A DNA stretch of 64,000 nt. Source: a virus. The position numbers were made by a program, and so were the translations under genes. Shown in pieces: positions 21,531 through 31,000 of the stretch; position 1 is the stretch's first letter; each line of letters begins with the position of its first letter. The notes under the pieces are model-generated. The model worked only from the letters and a program-made list of their open reading frames with translations, ran no database searches and had not been told where the DNA came from. The stretch covers positions 1 through 64,000 of the IMG/VR virus record IMGVR_UViG_3300036886_000243; one strand, given 5' to 3'.

Positions 21531-21904
21531 TGGCAACCACAATAGATACTACCGAATGTCCTTACTGTGAATTTCTCAACGCGATAGTAGAAAGTGATTA
21601 TGAAGAAATGTTTCAATATGAGGGCGAAGATTTTACTATACACAATAACTGCCCTTTATGTGGTTGGCAGCTGTATGAAAATAATTTTGGTAAAGAGAAA
21701 TCTGAAATAGAGCCTAAACCAAGACAACTTAAAGAGGCTAAGAAGATAGTAGCCGTCATAGACGAAATAGACATTGGCAGTTGGGTCGATGAATTAATTA
21801 CGGACTATATAATAGATAAATTCGAAGACTTAAAACCGGAAGAAAAATTAGCTAGAACTTTCTTTATAGATTTGATCAAGCTTGTGTTTGAGAAAAAGAA
21901 ATGA
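21530..21904 (+). CDS. Zinc-ribbon hypothetical protein
   Basis: CPYC..CPLCGW. Confidence 0.6.
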   Translation: MATTIDTTECPYCEFLNAIVESDYEEMFQYEGEDFTIHNNCPLCGWQLYENNFGKEKSEIEPKPRQLKEAKKIVAVIDEIDIGSWVDELITDYIIDKFEDLKPEEKLARTFFIDLIKLVFEKKK

Positions 21905-22137
21905 TTGAGATAAGGAAATATGTTTGGGGCGAAGAAGAAGATGTGGAAGATGGTTATGCTTTATCAAACACAAAAGCTAGATGGTGGTGTTATGTGGCGA
22001 TTAGAGATAGCAAAGTTTATGGTAGAGGTATAATTGTTAGTGATCGCAATAATGATGCTTGGATAATAAAAGATCATCAGCTACCAAGAATAGCCAAATA
22101 TGGCTTTATTCAAAATATATTTGAGAAGAAAAAATGA
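21901..22137 (+). CDS. Hypothetical protein
   Basis: ATGA coupling; ends FIQNIFEKKK like the preceding gene (LIKLVFEKKK). Confidence 0.55.
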   Translation: MIEIRKYVWGEEEDVEDGYALSNTKARWWCYVAIRDSKVYGRGIIVSDRNNDAWIIKDHQLPRIAKYGFIQNIFEKKK

Positions 22138-22415
22138 AACATAATCTATTCACTTGGCATTATAGATTTGGTAAAGCTGGCGAAGATAATCCTACATCTA
22201 CTAAACACTTTTTAATTAAGCCCCACAAGACAAAAGGATGGCTTTGTGTTTTATACATTCCAAAAAATATCGGTCGTGGGCGTTGGCTTTTAGTCCATTA
22301 TATTTCTATTGGGAATCCCACCAGTTCACCCAAGTTAATTTCTACAGATAGGCATAACCTGATTTTAAAATGCTGGGAAGATTGGCCCAATCAAAATTGG
22401 GCTCCTTCAAATTAA
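22134..22415 (+). CDS. Hypothetical protein
   Basis: ATGA coupling. Confidence 0.5.
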   Translation: MKHNLFTWHYRFGKAGEDNPTSTKHFLIKPHKTKGWLCVLYIPKNIGRGRWLLVHYISIGNPTSSPKLISTDRHNLILKCWEDWPNQNWAPSN

Positions 22416-22417
22416 AA

Positions 22418-22642
22418 ATGAGATTGGAACAATTAGTGGAACTTAAATCTAGGGAAGACCTCAAATCTTGGAACGACGAACAAAAACGTTTAATTCAGTA
22501 TCTAATAAATGCTGGTTTACTCACAAAAAGCTATGAAGACATAACAGAATTCGGAAAATTCTTTTCAGATTACTTAAATAATTACGGCGAAACTCCTACG
22601 TTTGAAGAGGCTGAGAAACACTTCAAATTAAAAGTAAGCTAA
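22418..22642 (+). CDS. Hypothetical protein (MRLEQLVE N-terminus)
   Basis: ATG just after the preceding stop. Confidence 0.5.
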   Translation: MRLEQLVELKSREDLKSWNDEQKRLIQYLINAGLLTKSYEDITEFGKFFSDYLNNYGETPTFEEAEKHFKLKVS

Positions 22643-22667
22643 AAACACAGAAAGCCTTAAAAGAAGT

Positions 22668-22675
22668 AAAGATAA
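22668..22675 (+). promoter_or_regulatory. AAAGATAA putative promoter
   Basis: Intergenic, upstream of the structural-type gene at 22729. Confidence 0.55.
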
Positions 22676-22728
22676 TAATAAGAGCTTTCCTATGGGCTTT
22701 TAGCTAAAATATACGGAGGAAAATAATT

Positions 22729-23127
22729 ATGGCACTTTTAGTTCCACTGGTTGGAGAAATAAACCTACTTGGCAGAATGTTGAATTTCGCCAGCCCAGAT
22801 GATGTTAAACTTCACCTTTATACCAATAACCACACACCTACAAGCTCGGATACTACAGCAAACTATACTGAGTCGTCAGGTGCTGGATACGCTGCTATCA
22901 CACTAACCGGCTCAAGCTGGGTAATCGCAGGACCTACGCCAGCAACAGCTTCTTATCCACAGCAGACGTTTACTTACACAGGTGCTGAGCCAACTATTTA
23001 TGGTTACTATGTAACAAATAACGCTGGCACGACTCTAGAGTGGGCAGAGCTATTCACAGATGGCCCCTACGCGATTCCCTCGGGCGGTGGGAGTGTTAAA
23101 ATAACTCCCAAGATTTCCTTGCAATAA
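22729..23127 (+). CDS. Small virion fibre-associated protein (paralog of 37205..37861)
   Basis: LHLYTNNHTPTSSDTTANYTESSGAGYAAITL..; strong SD ggagga; own terminator. Confidence 0.65.
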   Translation: MALLVPLVGEINLLGRMLNFASPDDVKLHLYTNNHTPTSSDTTANYTESSGAGYAAITLTGSSWVIAGPTPATASYPQQTFTYTGAEPTIYGYYVTNNAGTTLEWAELFTDGPYAIPSGGGSVKITPKISLQ

Positions 23128-23160
23128 TTCATTGTAATATAAGCAATTACATAAAATTAG

Positions 23161-23189
23161 AGGGTAAGCAAAACAGCTTACCCTTTTTT
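23161..23189 (+). terminator. Intrinsic terminator
   Basis: agggtaagc-aaaaca-gcttaccct-ttttt. Confidence 0.85.
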
Positions 23190-23246
23190 GTTTGTAAGAT
23201 GCCTCCTTATGTTGATATCGCATATATTATTCATAAGAGGAAAGTT

Positions 23247-24154
23247 ATGGATTTTGATTATAGTAAAATAGTAGGATGGACTGAAGAGCAAATAAGGTCA
23301 GGCGTCTATCATGATTATTCTAACACTAAAATTGTTAAAGACACAAGAAAACAAGATCGGAGATATAAAATATTTCCCGGTGGTAAAATTAAATACACTT
23401 ACTGGGTTTGGGAAAAATGTTACGGAACTCAAGCCCCATTTAATTTGATAATTCATCACAAAGACGAAAATCCTTTAAACGACAACATTGAAAACCTCAC
23501 CCTTATGACTAGAGGCGAACATTCTAAGTGGCACAGCCAAAGATTAGTTGGCAAAACTTACGACGAAATACATGGAGCTGAGAAAGCTGAAGTTATAAGA
23601 CAAAGAATAATTGACAATACAAAAGAAGCATTAGCATCTCCCGAAATGCGACAAAAAATTTCTGAGACTACTAAAGAAGGAATGATAGGTGTCAAGATCT
23701 GGTGTGAAGGTGGTCATCTTCCTGAAGAAGTAAAAGCTAAGATTAGTGAGAGTCGCTCTGGTAAATGTATGGGAGCGGACAATCCTAGTTTCGGTAAACC
23801 TTGTCCTGAGAAAACTAAAGAAGCAGTCAGTAAAGCTAATACTGGTAGAGCGCCATGGAATAAGGGCAAGAAGATTTCTCTAGAGCGCCCAGATATAATT
23901 GAAAATCAGAAAAAAAGTCATGCTGATATGAAAGGCGAAAATAATCCGTTCTATGGTCAAAAGCAAAGCAAAGCGAAGAATTGAAAAAGCATCTAGCTGC
24001 AATTAATACTAAACATCAAATTGGCGACGTCTGGAGAGACGAAAAAGGAATTCTCAAGTATAAAAATGAAGCCGGTAGGAATCGCCGAGTTCCTGACATA
24101 TTTAATCGTATACCAGAGTTCATAAAAGACAAAGTAAAAGAAGCAAGACAATGA
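23247..24154 (+). CDS. HNH-NUMOD3 homing endonuclease, frameshifted by a 5-nt duplication near 23961-23975
   Basis: IHHKDENPLNDNIENLTLMTRGEHSKWH; NUMOD3-like HLPEEVKAKISES, GENNPFYG; the alternative frame KQSEELKKHL.. ends in ATGA at the next gene. Confidence 0.75.
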
Positions 24155-24438
24155 TATATGAAGGACCTAAAATGAAACAACTAAAATATAAACTGTATGC
24201 TTGTAGTTATGGCAGCATTCTTCTTTATGAGGATGGCACAGTGGAGTTCATTCCTATGTTGTCTATCACCGTAAATGAAACGTTAGCAATGAGCGAGCTT
24301 GACGATTTAGATTTTGACAACAACGAGGTGTGTGAGTTCTTAGACGAAGATATTGAAGAATTTGAGGAGGATGAAGAAATCCACTCTACTGAAGATGTGC
24401 TGAAAAAGATTTTGGAAACGCCTGAAGAAGATTTGTGA
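24151..24438 (+). CDS. Acidic hypothetical protein
   Basis: D/E-rich ORF. Confidence 0.5.
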   Translation: MIYEGPKMKQLKYKLYACSYGSILLYEDGTVEFIPMLSITVNETLAMSELDDLDFDNNEVCEFLDEDIEEFEEDEEIHSTEDVLKKILETPEEDL

Positions 24439-24439
24439 T

Positions 24440-24619
24440 ATGGTCCCAGGCGATTGGATTGTTAATAAAGAAGTCATCAATTTATTGAAAGGTCATTCAT
24501 GTGAAGATTGTTGTATGGGTTGCGGTGGAATGGATTGGGCAATGATTTGTCAGATGTGGGAGTCTAGTGAGTCTTATAAAAAGAGAATGGAAGTTCTAAT
24601 GAAGGGTAGTCGTGCTTAA
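24440..24619 (+). CDS. Small Cys-rich NLLK-family protein (copy 1)
   Basis: Manual translation: KEVINLLKGHSCEDCCMGC..ICQMW. Confidence 0.55.
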   Translation: MVPGDWIVNKEVINLLKGHSCEDCCMGCGGMDWAMICQMWESSESYKKRMEVLMKGSRA

Positions 24620-24633
24620 GCATATATCTCTTT

Positions 24634-24825
24634 ATGATTGACTTTCTACTAACGGCTTTAGGAATACTTGGATGTATATTTGCTGCAGCTATTCTTATAG
24701 CTACAGGCATGGTGACCCTTTATTTTCTTCACATTGGATTGTGGGGCTTAGCGCTTGTAATTATTCTAATAGGCTGGCCTCTTGAGATTGCTGCAATAAT
24801 AAAAATTGGAACAGATTTCTTTTAG
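24634..24825 (+). CDS. Small membrane protein
   Basis: Two hydrophobic segments. Confidence 0.55.
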   Translation: MIDFLLTALGILGCIFAAAILIATGMVTLYFLHIGLWGLALVIILIGWPLEIAAIIKIGTDFF

Positions 24826-24833
24826 GAGGAAAT

Positions 24834-25040
24834 ATGGGGTGGGCGAGTGGTAGCAGTCTTTTTTCAGAAATAATTCACGCCTCCAAAAAAGCGATTCCGA
24901 ATTCAATTCATAGAAAGAATTTTTATATAGAAATCATTCAAGCTTTTGAAGGTGAAGATTGGGACACTCAGGATGAATGCAGAGGCTTAGATATAGCCTA
25001 CGACGAAGCATTAGCGGAGCTTCATCAAGTGAGAAAGTAG
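24834..25040 (+). CDS. Phage hypothetical protein (MGWASGS..EDWDTQDEC)
   Basis: SD aggagg; motif common in phage genomes. Confidence 0.6.
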   Translation: MGWASGSSLFSEIIHASKKAIPNSIHRKNFYIEIIQAFEGEDWDTQDECRGLDIAYDEALAELHQVRK

Positions 25041-25049
25041 AGGACACCT

Positions 25050-25307
25050 ATGGGTATTGATAGAGGTGGGATGTGCGACACTGGTGAAAGTTATGATTCT
25101 TTTATCGCTAGGGTAAACGCAAAGCGAAGAGAAGAAAAATTAAGTCGGGTTTTAAGTTTAACCGAAAAAGAAGTGGCTAATCTTAAAAGATCTGTAGCCG
25201 CTTATCGCAAGAAACCCTTCGGAGCGCCTGACTTAGTTCTTAACGAAGGCTGGTTAAAAAGCATAGAGAAGCTTATTCACGATTGGGAATTTTTGAGAGG
25301 ATCATGA
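25050..25307 (+). CDS. Hypothetical protein
   Basis: SD agga, ORF. Confidence 0.5.
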   Translation: MGIDRGGMCDTGESYDSFIARVNAKRREEKLSRVLSLTEKEVANLKRSVAAYRKKPFGAPDLVLNEGWLKSIEKLIHDWEFLRGS

Positions 25308-25433
25308 ACGTCTCTACACACAACAACATTTGCTATATTGACTCTTCTGATTTAGATTGGTTTATGAAGATGCTAGAATTGTTTTGGTCAGAGCAACTTT
25401 TTGATATAAAAACTGGCGAGGTAGTTAAACACT

Positions 25434-25640
25434 TTGTTGAGTGGAAAACAAATAACACTGAATCTTCTGAAAGATAAAACTTGTCAGTGGTGCATAAACA
25501 AAATAACACTTCATTGTTTCTATAAACCTGGCCAACCTTTACCGGTAAATTGTACATGCCCTAAATGGAAATTTACTTTTTCATTTCTATCAAATTGGGA
25601 AGCTGTTTTTAATTGTGTCAAAAAAGAAACCTATTTATAG
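25434..25640 (+). CDS. Small Cys-rich NLLK-family protein (copy 2)
   Basis: KQITLNLLKDKTCQWC..CTCPKW. Confidence 0.55.
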   Translation: MLSGKQITLNLLKDKTCQWCINKITLHCFYKPGQPLPVNCTCPKWKFTFSFLSNWEAVFNCVKKETYL

Positions 25641-25939
25641 ACCGCCTCTTCCGACGGCTTGTAATACAAAACAAAAATACGAAAGAAAAGAAATTGCTGA
25701 TTGGTTTTTAAGAGAAGGCATGTCCTCCTATGAATGCCCTGTTTGTGGATATTGGCATATAGGTCACAAGAGAGAAGAAAAATGACTGATAAACTATTAC
25801 ATGAAATTCGTGTTTTCTTAAATGAAGTTGCTCAGCGTGATATGTATGGATCTTATCGTTTAATAGCTTATAGTTTACTTGACGATATATTTGAAGAGCT
25901 AGAAGCAGAAGTAGAAAAAAATTCACATACTTCTTAAAT

Positions 25940-26116
25940 ATGATTCAACGTGGCGATATTAACACTATAAACCGTGAGATAACCAAAAATCTCCTGAGGG
26001 ATAGAACTTGTAACAATTGTCGTCGAACAATAAATGCTGCGTGTGTAGTTAATCTTGGAACTTGTTTGTTTTGGAAAGAAAAGATAAAGCCATTCCGATT
26101 ACCTTACGAAGAATAA
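25940..26116 (+). CDS. Small Cys-rich NLLK-family protein (copy 3)
   Basis: Manual translation: REITKNLLRDRTCNNC..AC..GTCLFW. Confidence 0.6.
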   Translation: MIQRGDINTINREITKNLLRDRTCNNCRRTINAACVVNLGTCLFWKEKIKPFRLPYEE

Positions 26117-26477
26117 AGGGGAGAATATGAAACTTTGGAAACGCATTCTTATTACAATAGGAGTTTTTGCTTTCTTTGTTGTGCTAGGGACACTTCTTTC
26201 GTTAGGCTTTAGTGCCCTAAGTCCAGTAGGCATAATAATTGTATGCGGCATAATAATTGTAGGTTTTATTATTTTTGTGTTTCATCAAACTGGGAAGATG
26301 TGATACCAAAACAAGAAGTCCTAATGCTCTTAAGATACTCTCCTTTGCATGTGGCAATATGGAAAGACCATATTCATAAATGTAGAAATGCGCCTGAGTA
26401 TCACAATGGTCATAAATACGATTGTACTACTTGTGAAAAAACAGACCCAGATTATTTCAGTTATTGTAAAGACTTTT

Positions 26478-26669
26478 ATGGACACCAAACAGCAAACTAA
26501 GAATTTACTCAAGAATAAAACGTGTGATACTTGTATACGAAAAGATCCCTTCTATAGTTGGCGTTGTGGCGAGGAATATGAAGACCGTCTTACCTGCGAA
26601 AACTGGTTAAGAGATATGAGATTCAAGTTTGTAGACGGTCAAGTGATTAAAAAGAGAAGGGGCGACTAA
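26478..26669 (+). CDS. Small Cys-rich NLLK-family protein (copy 4)
   Basis: KQQTKNLLKNKTCDTC..RC..LTCENW. Confidence 0.6.
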   Translation: MDTKQQTKNLLKNKTCDTCIRKDPFYSWRCGEEYEDRLTCENWLRDMRFKFVDGQVIKKRRGD

Positions 26670-26872
26670 TGTTTTGTTTTCATAAATACGGCAAAAGACA
26701 AAAAGACGGTTATCAATATTGTAGCAAGTGTGGCAAGGCTCACAGAGTACCTTGTAATCATAAATGGAATTTAACAGAACAAATTTCATGTTATTTCTTT
26801 AACGATCTAGACCATTATGTAAATGTCTATGAGTGTGAAAATTGTGGAAAGATGAAAAAGAAGAGGATATGA
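26669..26872 (+). CDS. Small Cys/His zinc-finger protein
   Basis: MFCFHKY..CSKCG..CNHKW..CENCG. Confidence 0.55.
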   Translation: MFCFHKYGKRQKDGYQYCSKCGKAHRVPCNHKWNLTEQISCYFFNDLDHYVNVYECENCGKMKKKRI

Positions 26873-27396
26873 AAATGAGTAACATGTATTGCCTTGATTG
26901 GATAGCACCACAAGATATTGACTTAGAATGTAAAAATCTGTGCATTGCTCTTAATGCTTTGCCTGGAATAGAAACTGATGAAAGTTGTTGTGGTCATGGC
27001 AAAGAGTCGTATCGTATTTGGTTTCGTGTAACAGATTATACCAGAAGAGGCTTTTTGTTTCTTTCGAGATTAATGTGTACCAGATACTACAATTTCCTTG
27101 AGTGGCAAGTTACATTACAACACAGTGATTCTACTGGCTTCACTCGCAAAAGTGGTTGGAGACAAATTGGATATCTCTTAGAGGGGCCACCAGGTAGTTA
27201 TACCTTTGATGGTAAGTCTGAGGGAGGTTTTGCTGAAGCTGAAAGCATAGCTGAAATAATCAGACGGCATATTTCTAAGAAGGAGCTAGGATATAACCTT
27301 CTTTATCATTCAGTCAACGACAAAACATATGATGAGTATTGGGAGAACGGTAAAAAGGCTCACGATACTGAGGAGTTAAAGAAAGATGCCGACTAG
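26869..27396 (+). CDS. Phage protein with T-x-x-SCCGH motif
   Basis: LNALPGIETDESCCGHG. Confidence 0.55.
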   Translation: MKMSNMYCLDWIAPQDIDLECKNLCIALNALPGIETDESCCGHGKESYRIWFRVTDYTRRGFLFLSRLMCTRYYNFLEWQVTLQHSDSTGFTRKSGWRQIGYLLEGPPGSYTFDGKSEGGFAEAESIAEIIRRHISKKELGYNLLYHSVNDKTYDEYWENGKKAHDTEELKKDAD

Positions 27397-27541
27397 AAGG
27401 ATTCGCGACATAAAGCCGCCGTGCAATCATCCAGATCATAGACCTCCAATGCATATGGTTTTTAAGCCTGGAGTATATGAACACACTTGCCCAGCTTGCG
27501 GCGAAGTAATTACTTTTACAGTACCACTTATAACGTGCTAA
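27386..27541 (+). CDS. Small zinc-binding phage protein
   Basis: Manual translation: PCNHPDHRPPMHMVFKPGVYEHTCPACG; SD aggag. Confidence 0.55.
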   Translation: MPTRRIRDIKPPCNHPDHRPPMHMVFKPGVYEHTCPACGEVITFTVPLITC

Positions 27542-27573
27542 CCGACAAAGATAATTCCAAGTCGGGGGATTAT

Positions 27574-27885
27574 ATGAATCAAAATGACGTAGCCACGTTT
27601 ACAAATGCCATTACTCAAAAACTATATCAGATCTTAGTTGATCAAGCCAAGCAAATGAGTTTCGACGAAGTGCAGTCCAATATACTTGCCAATCAAATTG
27701 TTCCGCCTTGGAAAGAGCGTATTCAAGCCAAGTTGGCCTCATCTACCGTAGCAAAGGCAACAATTGCCATGATTGAAATTAAACCCAGATCTGTGTACTA
27801 TAAAGTACCACCTCAGACTCAAAAATTCAACAAACTTAGTGAACTGGCAAAGCTTTGTCTTGAGGCATGTTTTGCTAAATTATGA
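27574..27885 (+). CDS. Hypothetical protein preceded by AAAGATAA (27547-27554)
   Basis: SD ggggga, MNQNDVATF. Confidence 0.55.
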   Translation: MNQNDVATFTNAITQKLYQILVDQAKQMSFDEVQSNILANQIVPPWKERIQAKLASSTVAKATIAMIEIKPRSVYYKVPPQTQKFNKLSELAKLCLEACFAKL

Positions 27886-28051
27886 AAACCCCAATTGATG
27901 TGAAATGTCTTTGCGGACGCACAGTTAAAACAATGCAAGAAACTTTACCTATGTTAGTTGAGGTTGATGAAGATAAAGATTTGATCTTTATGATTTGTGG
28001 TCATGGCGTCGTCCTTTTTGATAAGAAGTCTTTAGAGAAAAGACGTAATTA

Positions 28052-28312
28052 ATGACTTACCCGACAATGAATGAATTGCATTCAGTTGTAAAAAAGCAAA
28101 TAACTAAGAATTTACTTAAAGACAGAATTTGTGATAATTGCAGACATCGTGGGAAAGGCGCAGACAGACCATGTCCGCATAATGAAACAATCACTTGCTG
28201 TCAATGGGAAAAAGATGAACGCGTTTTATTCCAAGGTGGCGAAAGTGATTGGACGTGGGCTGACGGCACAGAATCGAGATGGAAGTGGTATACTGTTGAC
28301 TCCGAAAGATAA
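28052..28312 (+). CDS. Small Cys-rich NLLK-family protein (copy 5)
   Basis: KQITKNLLKDRICDNC..RPC..ITCCQW. Confidence 0.6.
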   Translation: MTYPTMNELHSVVKKQITKNLLKDRICDNCRHRGKGADRPCPHNETITCCQWEKDERVLFQGGESDWTWADGTESRWKWYTVDSER

Positions 28313-28550
28313 AACAAAAAATCTTCTCAAAGACAGGACTTGTGATAATTGTGGCGCTGCATATCGTCCTTGTCATTCGATTGACAGAACCTGTAAAGAT
28401 TGGGTGGAATCGAGTGCAGCTTGGACAGTAGAGTTTAAAGAAGCTATTGACCAAGAGGTCATAAAAAATCTTCAGCAGTGGATGAAATTAGCAACACCAG
28501 AACAAGAGCTATGGATACCCTCCGATATAATTGAAATCACACATGACTAA
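28296..28550 (+). CDS. Small Cys-rich NLLK-family protein (copy 6)
   Basis: KDKTKNLLKDRTCDNC..RPC..RTCKDW. Confidence 0.6.
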   Translation: MTPKDKTKNLLKDRTCDNCGAAYRPCHSIDRTCKDWVESSAAWTVEFKEAIDQEVIKNLQQWMKLATPEQELWIPSDIIEITHD

Positions 28551-28782
28551 AGAGATCACGAAAAGCCTTCTTAAAAATGAGACATGCGACACTTGCATAT
28601 TTAAATTTAAAAAGAATTGTTCGTGTCCCGAGCTAACTTGTAGTGGGTATTTCAAGGCAATTGAGATGAGCTGGGAACAACTAAATGGGACTAAGCATCA
28701 TGGTATTATTGTAGACATTGAGGATGATGCATTCTACATTTATTGCGACATCCACAATAAGGAGTGTTGTTGCTCATTATGA
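28543..28782 (+). CDS. Small Cys-rich NLLK-family protein (copy 7)
   Basis: KEITKSLLKNETCDTC..NC..LTCSGY. Confidence 0.6.
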   Translation: MTKEITKSLLKNETCDTCIFKFKKNCSCPELTCSGYFKAIEMSWEQLNGTKHHGIIVDIEDDAFYIYCDIHNKECCCSL

Positions 28783-29399
28783 AAGTTAAAGATCTAATAA
28801 AAGAACTACAAGAAGCTGATCCCACTGGCGAATGTTATGTTCGCTGTGATGCTGGGGCTCCTTTCTTTGTCGAACGTAAAGAGGGATATTGGGATGGACC
28901 ATACCACTATATAGAAGATGGCAAATATCACATCTCTTCTACTCATGACAAAGTTGACATCCAATCTATGGACTATGAATCTTGGATATGGGATCACGAC
29001 GGTGATTACTCTAGCATTGAAGTAGATACTTCAGTCTATTGCGCATCGGCCGAACGAAAGAAAGAGTGGCTAGAAAAGTTTGAGAAGATTTCTAAAGAGT
29101 GCAAGAAGTTCAAAGAACAATGTCTCAAGGAAATGACTTTTGATGTTCTTAAGCGACTCAACGATGATTGGCACATTTATCAAGATACCGATAAACCAGT
29201 CGGTCACTATAATGCAATGTATTATGAAAAGTATACTCCACTGCCAGGAAATCAAACAGAATTTGCGAGGGATAGACTTTGTCAAGGTGAAACTGAAGTT
29301 CTCTTAGAATCTGGTCTATTTTGTATTAATCCAGCAAATATTCATGAGTGGGTTTTAGCGTCTCCAAATCATCAGAAGGGATACAAGAAAAATGGCTAA
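28779..29399 (+). CDS. Phage hypothetical protein
   Basis: MKVKDLIKELQEADPTGE..EGYWDGPY. Confidence 0.6.
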   Translation: MKVKDLIKELQEADPTGECYVRCDAGAPFFVERKEGYWDGPYHYIEDGKYHISSTHDKVDIQSMDYESWIWDHDGDYSSIEVDTSVYCASAERKKEWLEKFEKISKECKKFKEQCLKEMTFDVLKRLNDDWHIYQDTDKPVGHYNAMYYEKYTPLPGNQTEFARDRLCQGETEVLLESGLFCINPANIHEWVLASPNHQKGYKKNG

Positions 29400-29598
29400 G
29401 CCACGTTTCGATAAAGACAAAGATCCTGCCCGCGCTCAGCAACGTTGGCATGAGCTGTGGAAAGAATGGTCGCCATATATGAATAGAGAAAGTTTTAATC
29501 TCGAAGAAAAAGAGGCCTTTATAGTTCAAAAATATTTCGAACGTAAATGGGCTGAAAAACATGTTCACCAAGAAACAACTGACAATTCTACTACTTAA
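29392..29598 (+). CDS. Hypothetical protein
   Basis: ORF overlapping both neighbours. Confidence 0.45.
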   Translation: MAKPRFDKDKDPARAQQRWHELWKEWSPYMNRESFNLEEKEAFIVQKYFERKWAEKHVHQETTDNSTT

Positions 29599-29842
29599 AG
29601 GTGCAATTTGTAGTGATTGTATAAAATCGATGAATAGTGAATACTTGATTGATAATTCCTTTTGTATTCATAAACATCCAATGACGGTAGACAGCTTTGG
29701 ATTAATTCGATTTGCGTTTGCTGATGGCAATTATTGTATAGACGAATTGGTAAGAGATAAAAAATTAGATTATAGACATACTGACCACTCAGAGATTAAT
29801 AGAATATTTGAAAAATATTTTCCTGAATTGAAACACTTATAG
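29561..29842 (+). CDS. Divergent NLLK-family protein (copy 8)
   Basis: KQLTILLLKGAICSDC. Confidence 0.45.
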   Translation: MFTKKQLTILLLKGAICSDCIKSMNSEYLIDNSFCIHKHPMTVDSFGLIRFAFADGNYCIDELVRDKKLDYRHTDHSEINRIFEKYFPELKHL

Positions 29843-30013
29843 GAGCTAAGATGGAAAATAAATATGGCATTCTCCCTTACGCTTTTGAAGAAATGAACTC
29901 TGAAGTATTTGCAGCTGCTGAAAAAGAGTGGGGCATAGTAATAATCAAGAGAAGAGATTTTACAAAACTTTCTATTTTACAAAAAGAATTAGTTTACGTC
30001 GAAGCCGATAAGA

Positions 30014-30361
30014 TTATACAGGCGTCAGAGTATTTACAGTAATTCCCGCCAAATCAGGACTGTCTGTTAAATAAGCAGTCACGTAATAAGTAAAGCCACC
30101 GCTCGGCATTTGAACTGCCCAACTACCATTTGAGCCTGAAGTGGTAGTAGCTGTTAGTATATTTGTGTCAGTTCTAAATACATTAACTGTAGCATTAGAA
30201 ACTACCATACCAGTTATAGTATAAGTAAAACCCGCTAACGTCCAAGTATGAGAGGCATTATCTCCAGAGTGGATTGGGCCCTGGACAGGAACAAATCGTT
30301 GAGGCCGAAAAGGGCCCTGCCCAGGCCAAGAGTGGGTTCTAAATACGCGGGTCAATACCAT
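30014..30361 (-). CDS. Putative virion protein with carboxypeptidase-regulatory/CnaB-like beta-sandwich
   Basis: VSNATVNVFRTDT..TTTSGSNGSWAV. Confidence 0.55.
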   Translation of the reverse strand: MVLTRVFRTHSWPGQGPFRPQRFVPVQGPIHSGDNASHTWTLAGFTYTITGMVVSNATVNVFRTDTNILTATTTSGSNGSWAVQMPSGGFTYYVTAYLTDSPDLAGITVNTLTPV

Positions 30362-30924
30362 TAGTTAGATGCCTCTAATACATAATCTAATAGAGTAATA
30401 GCGTTACCAGCGTTGTTTACGCTGAATTGGGCAAATAAGTTAGCCTGCTGAGTAGTAGTAGCGTCCCATCCTGCGCTAACTGCTGGAGCAGAAGTTGGGA
30501 ACACAATAGAGCCAGAACCACCTGTTCCTGGGACTAGTGAGCCTACATAGCTCTCTGATTGGAATGTTCCAAAGAATATGTTATTGGTACTTGTTCCTGA
30601 ACCTAACGCCCTTACAGTACCAGTCATCTCCAATTGCCAAGAGACGTTAGTTTTAGCTACAGCATTCATTTGTAAAGCACCGCTAGTGCAAACTACTACT
30701 GCACCAAATTGAAAGTTAAAAGTTATTGTGCCAGGCGTAGTAACTATATTGCTCATTTGGCCATATGCCTTGAGATGCCACTTCTGTCCTATAAAAGAGA
30801 AAAAGTTTGCAGGAAAAGTGAATAGAGCCGAAGTCGGCAATATAGTAGTATTTGCAGTTGAGGCTGAAAGTGTTGTTCCAGCGGTCTGAGCTGTAGTTAC
30901 AGCTTGCATCCAAGATTGATTCAT
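30361..30924 (-). CDS. Putative virion structural protein
   Basis: T/S/G-rich; SD aaggag; AAAGATAA on the minus strand at 30944-30951. Confidence 0.6.
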   Translation of the reverse strand: MNQSWMQAVTTAQTAGTTLSASTANTTILPTSALFTFPANFFSFIGQKWHLKAYGQMSNIVTTPGTITFNFQFGAVVVCTSGALQMNAVAKTNVSWQLEMTGTVRALGSGTSTNNIFFGTFQSESYVGSLVPGTGGSGSIVFPTSAPAVSAGWDATTTQQANLFAQFSVNNAGNAITLLDYVLEASN

Positions 30925-30943
30925 AGTTTAATTCTCCTTGGAG

Positions 30944-30994
30944 TTATCTTTCGATGCAATGTAGTAAATTTCTCAGCTCTTTTTCTCAAGTTAA
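30944..30994. promoter_or_regulatory. Divergent pair of AAGATAA-class promoters
   Basis: ttatcttt (rc AAAGATAA) at 30944-30951 and caagttaa at 30987-30994, 6 nt before ATG 31001. Confidence 0.55.
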
Positions 30995-31000
30995 TAATAA

